From a virus (Duplodnaviria; Caudoviricetes), in IMG/VR virus record IMGVR_UViG_3300025168_000102, positions 1 to 57,051 of that record: a stretch of 57,051 bases of DNA; one strand, 5' to 3'. The notes beneath the pieces were generated by a model. It did no database searches and was not told the DNA's origin. It saw only the letters and a list, made by a program, of their open reading frames with translations. Positions 21,023 through 30,246 of the stretch are shown piece by piece. Position numbers and translations under genes: made by a program. Numbering within the stretch: position 1 is the stretch's first letter; every line of letters begins with the position of its first letter.

Positions 21023-21402
21023 TGAGTACTGCTACTAAACGTGATCCTGCTAAGTGGGCAAGAGCTAAAGCTAGAGCAAAGGCTAAGATGGGTGGGAAGC
21101 ATAGTGCTAGAGCTATGCAGTTAGCTACTAAATATTATAAGGATGCAGGAGGTTCATACTCAGGTAAAAAGAAATCTACGAACAAGTTATCTAAGTGGAC
21201 AAAACAGAAGTGGAAAACTAAATCTGGTAAACCTTCTAGTAAAACAGGGGAAAGATATCTACCAGAGAAAGCTATTAAATCTTTATCTTCTAAAGAATAT
21301 GCTTCAACAACTGCTGCAAAACGTAAAGGTACAGCTAAAGGAAAACAGTTTGTTAAACAACCTAAACGAATAGCTAAAAAAACAAAGAGGTTTCGATCAT
21401 GA
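21022..21402 (+). CDS. Highly basic hypothetical protein
   Basis: TAATG-coupled ATG at 21022; K/R-rich; 'HSARAMQLA...YKDAGGSY'. Confidence 0.65.
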   Translation: MSTATKRDPAKWARAKARAKAKMGGKHSARAMQLATKYYKDAGGSYSGKKKSTNKLSKWTKQKWKTKSGKPSSKTGERYLPEKAIKSLSSKEYASTTAAKRKGTAKGKQFVKQPKRIAKKTKRFRS

Positions 21403-21686
21403 CAAAACGTAAAGGTACAATGAAAGGTCATACGATTGGAGGAGGTCAGAAACGTCCTACTAAATCAGGGGCAGGGATGACATCAAAAGGTGTGGCTAAA
21501 TATCGTAGAGATAATCCAGGTAGTAAACTAAAGACTGCTGTTACTGAGAAGAAACCTACAGGTAAACGAGCATCAAGACGTAAAAGTTATTGTGCTAGAA
21601 GTGCAGGTCAGATGAAGAAATTTCCTAAAGCTGCAAAGAATCCTAACTCAAGATTAAGACAAGCTAGAAAAAGATGGAGGTGTTAA
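21399..21686 (+). CDS. Highly basic hypothetical protein
   Basis: ATGA overlap; 'RRKSYCARS...NSRLRQARKRWRC'. Confidence 0.65.
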   Translation: MTKRKGTMKGHTIGGGQKRPTKSGAGMTSKGVAKYRRDNPGSKLKTAVTEKKPTGKRASRRKSYCARSAGQMKKFPKAAKNPNSRLRQARKRWRC

Positions 21687-21866
21687 ATGGCTAAAGGAGT
21701 AAAACATTATTTTAAAGATGGTACTGAATTTAAGGGACGTATGCATAAGATGCCTAATGGTTCTATGCACTCAGGAGTAAAGCATACAAAATCCAGTAAA
21801 CCAGTTGTGCATTTTAAAGACTTATCAAAAGCTGCTATAAAGAAAAATAAATTAAAGAAGAAGTAA
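21687..21866 (+). CDS. Small basic His-rich protein (59 aa; not in the ORF track)
   Basis: MAKGVKHYFKDG...HKMPNGSMHSGVKHT...; exactly fills the gap between its neighbours. Confidence 0.6.
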   Translation: MAKGVKHYFKDGTEFKGRMHKMPNGSMHSGVKHTKSSKPVVHFKDLSKAAIKKNKLKKK

Positions 21867-22208
21867 ATGGAATTTGGAATCAGAGAACTTATACAATTTG
21901 GTACACTGTTAGCTAGTTTAGCTGGTGCTTTTGCTGTTGTTAAATCCCAACTATCTAGAGTTATCCAAGATATAAAAAATATTGAGAAAGAATTACATGA
22001 ATTAAATACTAGGTTAGATAAGACTGAAGCTGATTCAGCCGTTATGAAACATCAAAACCATGTGTTTGGTACGATCTTATCTCCATCTAATTTAGAAAAG
22101 TTAAATAAAGATATTGCAAAGTTGCAAACAGAAATGGTAGCAACAGATAAAAAATTAGATCAGTTTCATGGGATGCATAATGGAAAACACCCATCTGTTG
22201 CTAACTAA
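21867..22208 (+). CDS. Hypothetical protein with N-terminal TM and coiled coil
   Basis: 'LIQFGTLLASLAGAFAVV' then heptad repeats; last gene of the + arm. Confidence 0.6.
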   Translation: MEFGIRELIQFGTLLASLAGAFAVVKSQLSRVIQDIKNIEKELHELNTRLDKTEADSAVMKHQNHVFGTILSPSNLEKLNKDIAKLQTEMVATDKKLDQFHGMHNGKHPSVAN

Positions 22209-22218
22209 TTTTTTATAT

Positions 22219-22629
22219 TTATAACTCCCATTTACAACTCTTCATAAGTTTTTGCATTTCTTTCTTGCCTATTATCCTCATAGAATTTTGAATATCATTT
22301 ATTATTTTATCTGTATTTAATATATCATCGTCATTACTTTTATTTCCTCTAACACGAGACAGGATCTCAAGTGCTTTAATAGCACTGTTTGTATGTCCGT
22401 GTCCTTTAGCATAACTGTATTGATTTTCTAATTCAGATATAACATCTACATCTGTAGTCATTTCTTGTTCAGCATCGTAAACTCTTTGTTGAACTTCTGA
22501 GTCTTGTAACAATCTGTACCCTTGGTTATGAGCAGACTTTTCACTATAGCCAGCAGACCTAGCAGCTTCCGTAGCATTACGAGTTAGGATATAATGTTGT
22601 ACAAAAAGTTCTTGTTTATCATTTAACAT
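22219..22629 (-). CDS. terS: Terminase small subunit-like protein
   Basis: 'LNDKQELFVQHY...NATEAARSAGYSEKSA...GYRLL' HTH typical of the Terminase_2 family. Confidence 0.8.
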   Translation of the reverse strand: MLNDKQELFVQHYILTRNATEAARSAGYSEKSAHNQGYRLLQDSEVQQRVYDAEQEMTTDVDVISELENQYSYAKGHGHTNSAIKALEILSRVRGNKSNDDDILNTDKIINDIQNSMRIIGKKEMQKLMKSCKWEL

Positions 22630-22961
22630 TAATGAATCTCAACATTAAAACTTTCACCACAACCACACATTGATTTTACATTAGGATTCTCAACCATAAG
22701 TCGTTGACCAAATAAATCTTTTTTATAATCAACTTCCATACCAGCTAAATATAATACAGACATACCATCAAGAACAAGTACCCCTGAATCTAACTCAAGT
22801 ACGATATCATTATCTGATGGTTTGTAAGTATCTAAAGGTTGCCAATCATAAGTAAATCCTGAACACCCTCCTCCTTTAACTGAGAGTAAGATAGCAGAGT
22901 ATCCATTCTCAGATATGATGGAGGATAAGTGTATGTCAGCTTCTTCAGTTAATGTAATCAT
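22629..22961 (-). CDS. iscA: A-type Fe-S cluster carrier (IscA/HesB family)
   Basis: MITLTEEA, GGGCSGFTY, VDY and NPN...CGCGESF signature. Confidence 0.92.
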   Translation of the reverse strand: MITLTEEADIHLSSIISENGYSAILLSVKGGGCSGFTYDWQPLDTYKPSDNDIVLELDSGVLVLDGMSVLYLAGMEVDYKKDLFGQRLMVENPNVKSMCGCGESFNVEIH

Positions 22962-23368
22962 TTAGTATACTTCATATTTTCTCTAGCTTTTCCTTTAAAC
23001 TTTTCAGCAGATCTCATAGCTCCTAATCCTAACAAACTTAAAGTTAAACTCATTAATCCTTCGGTAGGTATAATAGGTATAGCCATACCACTTCCACTAA
23101 CAGCCAGCACCCACACAAATACAGGTTGGAAAACAAATTGCCACCCTAAACCAAAGGCACATATCCAAAGAATAGCAGGTCTTGCTCCACTTACAAAAAG
23201 ACTAGGATGTTTTGCACTCTCAATATTAGCTTGAGCTTGGGCTAAATCTAAAGCTATGACTTGTTGTTTTAACTCAGCCTCTAATTTTCTTTTAAGATCC
23301 TTATCTTCTACAAATTTATCTAAGACTTTTCCTGCTACCCCTACAACACTCTCAACTAACCCAAACAT
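22958..23368 (-). CDS. Holin, 3TM (GTA-holin-like)
   Basis: 'LFVSGARPAILWIC' and 'LLGLGAMRSAEKFKG' motifs with hydrophobic helices. Confidence 0.8.
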   Translation of the reverse strand: MFGLVESVVGVAGKVLDKFVEDKDLKRKLEAELKQQVIALDLAQAQANIESAKHPSLFVSGARPAILWICAFGLGWQFVFQPVFVWVLAVSGSGMAIPIIPTEGLMSLTLSLLGLGAMRSAEKFKGKARENMKYTK

Positions 23369-23655
23369 TAATAGTCTTCTGGTAAGTTAATAGGTGTAAG
23401 TTTAGGTATAATTGCATCTTCATCTTCTTCCTCTTCTTCTTCATCTTCTTCATCTCTTAACAGATCAATATCAAAATGATCTTCTAAGACACATAGCTTT
23501 TCTTCAGAAGCAGCAATCTTTGTAATCTGTGAATCAACTGCTTGAACAAGATCAGGATGTTCTCCTATTCCTGCTGGGTTATCTAAATACACTTGGATAT
23601 TTGCTTTAGCTATAGCAATATCTGCCTCATATAACTTACGTAATGCATCTAACAT
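23368..23655 (-). CDS. Hypothetical phage protein with acidic tail
   Basis: 'ANIQVYLDNPAGIGEHPDL' motif; lies within the operon. Confidence 0.6.
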   Translation of the reverse strand: MLDALRKLYEADIAIAKANIQVYLDNPAGIGEHPDLVQAVDSQITKIAASEEKLCVLEDHFDIDLLRDEEDEEEEEEDEDAIIPKLTPINLPEDY

Positions 23656-25931
23656 GGTAACATCTCCTTATAATGTTTAACTTGAGCCATACGAGAAGTT
23701 TCCCATATAGCTTTTACTAATGTATTTTCTCCGTGAACAGAGAACTCCATATCAACATCGTCTCGTTGGAATAACTTCTCACAATCTTGTGCCATTGCAA
23801 GTAGCTCTCCAGTAGTCCAGAATTTATGATCGTCTAAAGTTACATTCATAAACTTAGGTCTTCCATCTTTTTCTTTTTTCTTCTTTCTATTCTCTCTTGG
23901 CTCTGGAATTGTACAATCATACCCAAACAAATGAAATTTTCTAAAGCCAAATGTGTGCATCAAACCTATAGATCTCATAGCTGCACACGTTCCTCCTGTA
24001 ATAAATGTAGTTTCAGATGGGATATTTAAAGACTCATCCAATACCATTGTATTATCTACGATAGGTTTCTGCTTATCTCCCTCTGCTCTTAAAGTTTCTG
24101 AGAATGCATGCCATCCCCATAACCTATCTGTATTCTTTTTAATCAACCGTGTAACTGATGGGTTAGTCATTGAAGCTATAAAGAATATAGTCTTAGGATC
24201 TATCTTACTAAATAAACTATGTCTTACAATTCCATGTGTAGACTTACCACTTAAAGGTCTTGGATCTAGTATAACACATCCCCACGGTTGGAGGCCATGT
24301 TTTAATAGTTGTGGATAAGAATGTTTAACACAAACAATTCTTGTATTCTTTTGACGGCTTAGTTCTTTAACATGATCCCAATCTGTACTGTTCCCTCCAG
24401 AGACAAGAATGGCTGTATCACCATGACCTCTACCTTTCTCTATCCAGTTGGTCATAAGTTTTAAATTCTTTCTTATATTACCTACAATACTTTGATCTGG
24501 AACACAATCTCTAGGGGTAACTTGAATAGGAACTTGCATAACTTTAGTTGTTAATTCTTCGATGGTATCGTCAGTAAGGATAACAGCTAGATGAGTTATC
24601 CCTCCCTCACGTACACGATCACCAGAAGGAAGAACATATTTTCTATGTTTTGTAGCTTCTACAATTCTATTAACTTCTTGAAAGTCAGGATCAACACAGT
24701 TACCTTGATCATCTTGAGTTATAAAATCATCGAACACAAGAACTGGTATGTGTTTTAATTTAGAAAATTCATGCTGTACTGTCCTAGTACTATGGCCCCC
24801 ATCAATGAAAGCCATGTCAGCATTAATGCTATCAGTAAGAGTTTGATTAGTATCTCCTTTAATTAATTCATATGTAAATGTTTTATTCTTCTCTCTCATT
24901 TTCTTTCTAAAAGAACTTAATTGTTTTTGTACGTCAAACTTTTTAGCTATAGGCTTGGCATTTAATTCTTTAATACTTAGCTCTTCATTACCCTCTTCAA
25001 ATAAATCAAAGCCTATATAATGAAAGCTATCTCTATTTTCAAAGGAAGCTAAAGCCATTTCGATAGCTCGTTGCCCTATCCATGTACCTGTTTCCACAAT
25101 AGTTTTAGGTTGGTACTGTCTGATAATATCTGCTATCAAACCATATCTTTTAGCAGCAGCTAAAGGCATAGTCTTTTTTATTTGTTTTCTGTTTCCTTTT
25201 AAGTGCTCCATAAACTCAGTTAAAGGAAAAGATTCAAAAGCTTGTTTACCTTTAGTTAAATCAACAATATCTAAATGACCAGTAAAGTCTTGAACTCTCA
25301 TTCCATGAGCACGATAAATTATCATCAGTCTTTCAAAGACAAATCCATCATGCCACTCACGATAGTTTAAGACTTCACCTGAATCATAAGCTCCTCGTAA
25401 ATCTCCTAGTAAATCTAATGGTGCTCTGTTGTTTAGATTGAATGCCATAAAAGAAGTTTCACTATAAGCAAAATGTTTTCTTCCTAAGAAACCTAACTCA
25501 GCTTTATTATTTAAAAAAGATTCTATATCCTTACCAGAAAAATCTTTCTTTGTAAATGTATCAGCATCCAACCAGATTAACCAACCAGCTTGCTTACTTT
25601 CATCTGCCATTTCAAAAGCTTTATCCGTAAGAGCATAAACTTTATGACAGAATTTAATAGCATCCAGCCTAAAGTTATAGTCAATTTTTTTATTAGCTGT
25701 ACCATCATGTTCTTTATATGTCTCCCTAAAAGCTATCATCTCAGATATAAGATTTAAATTTCTATACTCTATATGATCACACTTAGGTACATCATGTTTA
25801 GAGATATCAAAGTCATGGTAGTATGCTGTTAGTTTTAAACCAGATTTCCAATGTCGAGCTGCAGTCTCTAACATTTTCATAGCATAAGTTTTTAAACCAT
25901 CTTCATTAAAAGAGGTAACGATATTATACAT
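23649..25931 (-). CDS. Three-domain fusion: GT-A-like glycosyltransferase + class I SAM methyltransferase + MAF/DUF115-like domain
   Basis: N-terminal 'WLIWLDADT' DxD motif; middle 'IVETGTWIG...AFIDGGHS...VFDD'; C-terminal 'AILVSGG...ITGGTCAAMRSIGLMHTFGFRKFHLFGYD'. Confidence 0.7.
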   Translation of the reverse strand: MYNIVTSFNEDGLKTYAMKMLETAARHWKSGLKLTAYYHDFDISKHDVPKCDHIEYRNLNLISEMIAFRETYKEHDGTANKKIDYNFRLDAIKFCHKVYALTDKAFEMADESKQAGWLIWLDADTFTKKDFSGKDIESFLNNKAELGFLGRKHFAYSETSFMAFNLNNRAPLDLLGDLRGAYDSGEVLNYREWHDGFVFERLMIIYRAHGMRVQDFTGHLDIVDLTKGKQAFESFPLTEFMEHLKGNRKQIKKTMPLAAAKRYGLIADIIRQYQPKTIVETGTWIGQRAIEMALASFENRDSFHYIGFDLFEEGNEELSIKELNAKPIAKKFDVQKQLSSFRKKMREKNKTFTYELIKGDTNQTLTDSINADMAFIDGGHSTRTVQHEFSKLKHIPVLVFDDFITQDDQGNCVDPDFQEVNRIVEATKHRKYVLPSGDRVREGGITHLAVILTDDTIEELTTKVMQVPIQVTPRDCVPDQSIVGNIRKNLKLMTNWIEKGRGHGDTAILVSGGNSTDWDHVKELSRQKNTRIVCVKHSYPQLLKHGLQPWGCVILDPRPLSGKSTHGIVRHSLFSKIDPKTIFFIASMTNPSVTRLIKKNTDRLWGWHAFSETLRAEGDKQKPIVDNTMVLDESLNIPSETTFITGGTCAAMRSIGLMHTFGFRKFHLFGYDCTIPEPRENRKKKKEKDGRPKFMNVTLDDHKFWTTGELLAMAQDCEKLFQRDDVDMEFSVHGENTLVKAIWETSRMAQVKHYKEMLPC

Positions 25932-26700
25932 TTACTAATCCTTCATCTATTATTATTTTATCTCGTAGAGCTTTCCACTCATCTACGTATTCGTTTTCAT
26001 TAGTAGTTAATGGTGTCCAATTTGAAAACCAAGGGCCACCTGTTGTAAAATGTACATTCTTAGCTTCAATCTCAGAATTAGAATGACCATCTAACCAGTT
26101 CCATTCTTCATGGATATTACCAATAGGATTTATTGTTTCTCCTATCCATTCAAAGTTATGTAACCACCTACCAGGTTTTGTATTAACATCATCAGGAGTA
26201 AGATTAGCATTAGCTGGATGTCCACAATTCCATAACATAAAACTAGACCAGTTCTTTTTAGAATAATTTTGTTGTATTTGTTGATCCATTTTAAATATAA
26301 CATTATCACTAACAACATAGTCATGCCATATACACGAGACAGCATGTTTAGCTTCAGCATATTTTTCAAACACTTCCATAATGTCTGAACGAACTAACAT
26401 ATCACAGTCCATATAAATAGCTAGTCCTTCATATTGATTTAAATGAGGGACAAGAAACCTAGTAAAACTAAAGTCAGTTGAAAAAGGAAGACCATCACTA
26501 AGATCAATCTTTTGTTTGTTGTCTATAGTTTTATAAGCTCGTCTATATAATCCTATAGCTCTTAAAGCTGATTGATTTAATTTAATAATGTTTAAATTTT
26601 TAAAAGAAGAAGTAGATTTTATAGACTCTACAAGAACTTCAAAAGCTATGTCTTCTCTTTCATCGTACCCTATGTATATTGTAGGGAGCCGTTCATACAT
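25924..26700 (-). CDS. GT-A fold glycosyltransferase (GT8/CDI-like)
   Basis: IYIGYD, STDFSFTRFLVP, YMDCDML (DxD), KKNWSS, HFTTGGPWF. Confidence 0.82.
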   Translation of the reverse strand: MYERLPTIYIGYDEREDIAFEVLVESIKSTSSFKNLNIIKLNQSALRAIGLYRRAYKTIDNKQKIDLSDGLPFSTDFSFTRFLVPHLNQYEGLAIYMDCDMLVRSDIMEVFEKYAEAKHAVSCIWHDYVVSDNVIFKMDQQIQQNYSKKNWSSFMLWNCGHPANANLTPDDVNTKPGRWLHNFEWIGETINPIGNIHEEWNWLDGHSNSEIEAKNVHFTTGGPWFSNWTPLTTNENEYVDEWKALRDKIIIDEGLVNV

Positions 26701-26733
26701 TGTGATCTCCTTTGTATTACTTTATAGTATATA

Positions 26734-26762
26734 ACTATACTATAATTTTTTTAGTTTGTCAA
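26734..26762 (-). promoter_or_regulatory. sigma70-type promoter for the glycosyltransferase operon
   Basis: TTGACA-17 bp-TATAGT on the minus strand, intergenic. Confidence 0.7.
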
Positions 26763-26769
26763 CAGTTAT

Positions 26770-28461
26770 TTAACTGCATTCTTTTTGCCCTGTGTCAGGA
26801 TCAATAAAACAAGCTGTACCATCTATCTCTTCTTTAATAGCTGGCTCACTTTTATTTAAGATCCCATATCGTTTCCCTGCAAGCCTGAAGGTAGTAACTC
26901 CTTTTAACTTACCTCTCCATCCTCGTACATATACATCTTTAAATTCTTCAAAGGTTACACTATCCCCTACATTAATAGTTTTAGATACAGCACTATCGAT
27001 GTAAGGTTGGATGGCTATCTGCATTTTAATGTGGTCATCAATGGTTAAGTCTTCAGTTGTCTCAGCTTTAATTTTATGTTGAGCATAAACATAATCTTGT
27101 AACTTAACTATGATAGGACCATTCTCTGTAATTAAAGTACGATCTACTTCATGAGTAAACACAGGTTCAATACCACTACTGATATTGTCAGCCGTAAAAC
27201 TTATTGTTCCTGTAGGAGCAATGCTTGTTAGATGGCTATTTCTTATGCCTTGTTTTGATATTAACTCAATAAGATCTGTTGGAAGTTTCTTTGCAAAGCC
27301 ACTATTAATATAGGATTCTTTTTCATACAAAGGAAACGATCCTTTTTCTTTACCTAAGTTTGAGCTTGTTTCAATAGCAGTATAAGATAAAGTCTTTCCT
27401 ATCTTACGAGTAAACTTAACTGCTTGTTCAGATCCATACCTTAACTTAATTAGAGTAAGGCAATTAGCTAATCCAGTTACCCCTAGTCCCATCCTTCGTT
27501 TGTTCTGAGCCTCAAGTTTTTGTTTAGCTAAAGGATAATTAGTTCTATCAATAACATTATCCATAGCTCTGACAACATGAGGGATGTCTTCTTTAAACTT
27601 ATCAAAATTAAATCTATTGTTAGACACATACTTAATTAGATTAAAGCTTCCTAAAAGACAAGCACCATAAGGAGGTAATGGTTGTTCACCACATGGGTTG
27701 GTAGCTTCAATGGTTTCACAATACTGTAAAGGATTATCATTATTAATCCTATCAATAAATAAAACACCAGGTTCAGCCCACTCCCAATTAGCTCTCATGA
27801 TCTCATCCCATAAAGCTTTAGCATTTATTTCTTTATAGACTTGTCCTTTAAACGTAAGAGAGAAAGGAGTATCTTTAATAACACTTTGCATAAACTCATC
27901 TGTAACTCCAATAGAAATATTAAAGTTAGTAAGTTGATCTTGGTTTTGTTTAGCTCGTATAAACTCTTCAATGTCAGGATGGTCTACACGTAGCACACCC
28001 ATCATTGCTCCTCGTCTGTGACCAGCAGATATAATTGTTCTGCACACAGCATCAAAGATGTGCATAAAAGATACAGGCCCACTAGCAGAGCTATCGAGAG
28101 AAACAATCCTATCACCACTAGGACGTATCCTAGAGAAGTCATAGCCAATGCCACCACCTCTACGCATTGTCTCAGCTGCTTGTGTAGCTTTATCCATGAT
28201 GCTTTCCATACTGTCTTCAATCGTTCCAGATACAAAACAATTGTATGCAGTGACATCTCTTGGACTCCCCATTGCTGATTGTACTCTACCTGCTGGCATA
28301 AACCTTTGATTTAAAAGGATATCTTTAAGTAAAGCTCTATGATCTTGATCATCAGACATAGCCGCAGCATTCCTACTTACTGACTCTTCAAAGCTCTCAT
28401 TAGGTAGTCTATATTTTGTTGCGTGTAGCTCATCACAAACTGGCACTTGTGGACCGTACAT
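26770..28461 (-). CDS. nrdJ: Ribonucleotide reductase class II (adenosylcobalamin-dependent)
   Basis: RFMPAGR, YNCFV, GGGIG, ATNPCGEQPL and SIAPTGTIS motifs; no small (NrdB) subunit seen in the window; likely start ATG at 28461 (MYGPQ). Confidence 0.85.
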   Translation of the reverse strand: MYGPQVPVCDELHATKYRLPNESFEESVSRNAAAMSDDQDHRALLKDILLNQRFMPAGRVQSAMGSPRDVTAYNCFVSGTIEDSMESIMDKATQAAETMRRGGGIGYDFSRIRPSGDRIVSLDSSASGPVSFMHIFDAVCRTIISAGHRRGAMMGVLRVDHPDIEEFIRAKQNQDQLTNFNISIGVTDEFMQSVIKDTPFSLTFKGQVYKEINAKALWDEIMRANWEWAEPGVLFIDRINNDNPLQYCETIEATNPCGEQPLPPYGACLLGSFNLIKYVSNNRFNFDKFKEDIPHVVRAMDNVIDRTNYPLAKQKLEAQNKRRMGLGVTGLANCLTLIKLRYGSEQAVKFTRKIGKTLSYTAIETSSNLGKEKGSFPLYEKESYINSGFAKKLPTDLIELISKQGIRNSHLTSIAPTGTISFTADNISSGIEPVFTHEVDRTLITENGPIIVKLQDYVYAQHKIKAETTEDLTIDDHIKMQIAIQPYIDSAVSKTINVGDSVTFEEFKDVYVRGWRGKLKGVTTFRLAGKRYGILNKSEPAIKEEIDGTACFIDPDTGQKECS

Positions 28462-28697
28462 TATTTTTTCTCCTTTACTGTGATTAATTTTTTTAAATAC
28501 CATTCAGCTTTCTTTAAATCTTCAATCCCATTTTTATATTTATACCTCCATAAATATTTCATTATATTTCCTTGTAGGTAAGACTCAAATCCCCCATCCA
28601 ATGCAGCTTCAATTGCTTGAATACATTCTATACCATGCTGATTGTAATGAGGTGGAGAGTTTACATTATCTTTATTGGTAGATCTTTCCGTAGTAAT
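28461..28697 (-). CDS. DUF3310 / T7 gp1.7-like nucleotide kinase domain protein
   Basis: 'DNVNSPPHY...IECIQAI...GNIMKYLWRYKYKNGIEDLKKAEWYL'. Start uncertain; candidate ATT at 28697 follows AAGGAGG. Confidence 0.75.
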   Translation of the reverse strand: MTTERSTNKDNVNSPPHYNQHGIECIQAIEAALDGGFESYLQGNIMKYLWRYKYKNGIEDLKKAEWYLKKLITVKEKK

Positions 28698-29026
28698 AGA
28701 TTTATCCTCCTTCTTATTCTCGACTTGTGTTCTGACTTGATAAGTTGTTGGGCGAACATACGAGTACTTGAAAACTCTACTCCAGCATGATCGCAAACTG
28801 TTATAAAATCTTGACATGTTACCCCCACACTAGCAAAGAACCAAGCTGTAGCTCTTTGTCTCTCATAAGAAATAGTTTCTTCTTCATCTTTAATTTCAGG
28901 TTTACTTGCATCTAGTAATGCTTGTAGTATTACAGCAATAAAAAGACATTGTTCAGGACTCTCTCGTTCTAATTTATTTTCTAAGTTTATAATAAGATTT
29001 AAATTAAATTTAGAGTTCTCACTCAT
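28661..29026 (-). CDS. Hypothetical protein
   Basis: 'PEQCLFIAVILQALLDA...AWFF...DFITVCDHAG'; GTG start overlapping the upstream gene. Confidence 0.6.
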   Translation of the reverse strand: MSENSKFNLNLIINLENKLERESPEQCLFIAVILQALLDASKPEIKDEEETISYERQRATAWFFASVGVTCQDFITVCDHAGVEFSSTRMFAQQLIKSEHKSRIRRRINLLLRKDLPIKIM

Positions 29027-29375
29027 GGTGATACAGTTTCATAAAATATTCTGCATCAAGAATAACTAATGGTTTTTTATTATTCATTTTAATAAAAGCT
29101 AATGGTTCATAATCATTATGAGACTTAGCTTGATCCATTATATTATAGATACTTGTAAACTTTTCTTGGTTCTTACATTCAATAGAGAAAGGGAAAAGAT
29201 GCCGAACAGAGGAACTTAACTTAACATCTTCTCCCTTTTCTCCCATGATAGCAGTAGTAATCTCTTCATGTAAATCTAACCCATCAGCATTAGGCTTTTG
29301 AAAGATAGATATTAATTGATCTCTTACCCAGTTCTGTAACTTTCTTCCTTTAGCTTTTGCTGAAGATGTTTTCAT
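29019..29375 (-). CDS. PD-(D/E)xK endonuclease / Holliday junction resolvase-like
   Basis: 'SAKAKGRKLQNWV...GEDVKL...SIECKNQE'. Confidence 0.7.
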   Translation of the reverse strand: MKTSSAKAKGRKLQNWVRDQLISIFQKPNADGLDLHEEITTAIMGEKGEDVKLSSSVRHLFPFSIECKNQEKFTSIYNIMDQAKSHNDYEPLAFIKMNNKKPLVILDAEYFMKLYHHE

Positions 29376-29378
29376 TAG

Positions 29379-30236
29379 TTATCCTTTTACTTCTGGAACA
29401 TCAGGCACTCTTGATACACGAGTAAGATATACTACTCCTCTCTGATATTCAAATGCACGTAGACCATGTCCATTATTACTATCAGACCAACAATCTTTTT
29501 TATAAGCACAGTAAAAACAATTCATACCTAACTTATAATTACCTGACTTCCCTTCTGGAATATCAGGGTGACAACGAGGGGGAGCATCTTTTAATTTAAC
29601 CATGCCTTTTAAATATTCTATTCTTTTTTCTGTGTTTGTTATTTCTAACTCATCCAGAGGCATCCAACATAACTCCCCACTAATCTTATTCATAACTAAG
29701 AAGCCAGCTTCTTTTTCTTTCTCTGCCGTAGCATAAGATGAAAGCTGATCCATATATCCAAAGGGATCATCTTTATATAAAGTCCGATCTTTAAATTTTC
29801 TATAAGATGCAGGAGATGCTGACTTAACATCAACAAGTACTCCATCTATTCGTCCATCTATGTGTCCTTTTACACCAGCTAATGTTGTTTCTTTTTGTAC
29901 ATCGGTAACTTTATGTCCAGCTAAAGCAGTCAGACAAAAAACTAACTCTTCAATTATATGACCATATAAAAACTTTATAGGATCATTATCATTAAGTGGT
30001 TCTTTTTCTACATCTTGAAATTGATACCATAACTGACGGTCAGGATATCCAACATTAGACATACGTAATTTTTTCTTGTGTATATTTTTACCATTAACAG
30101 ATTGAACTAATTGGTTGTGGATATTATATACACAATGACTAATGATATCATATTGTTTTCTTTCATTTAACTTACATCCATGCTCTTCTTTAAAAAGATT
30201 ATAGATGTCTTTTACTACTGTAGTTATTTTTTTCAT
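29379..30236 (-). CDS. Cas4-like/PD-(D/E)xK exonuclease
   Basis: 'LRMSNVG..DRQLWY', 'GHIIEE', 'GHIDG...VDVKS', 'QLSSY' and C-terminal CFYCAYKKDC. Confidence 0.75.
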   Translation of the reverse strand: MKKITTVVKDIYNLFKEEHGCKLNERKQYDIISHCVYNIHNQLVQSVNGKNIHKKKLRMSNVGYPDRQLWYQFQDVEKEPLNDNDPIKFLYGHIIEELVFCLTALAGHKVTDVQKETTLAGVKGHIDGRIDGVLVDVKSASPASYRKFKDRTLYKDDPFGYMDQLSSYATAEKEKEAGFLVMNKISGELCWMPLDELEITNTEKRIEYLKGMVKLKDAPPRCHPDIPEGKSGNYKLGMNCFYCAYKKDCWSDSNNGHGLRAFEYQRGVVYLTRVSRVPDVPEVKG

Positions 30237-30246
30237 GTTAAAAATA

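Noticed and set aside
29379-30236. CRISPR-Cas system (Cas4)
   Set aside because: A solo Cas4-like nuclease in a replication module; no array or other cas genes.
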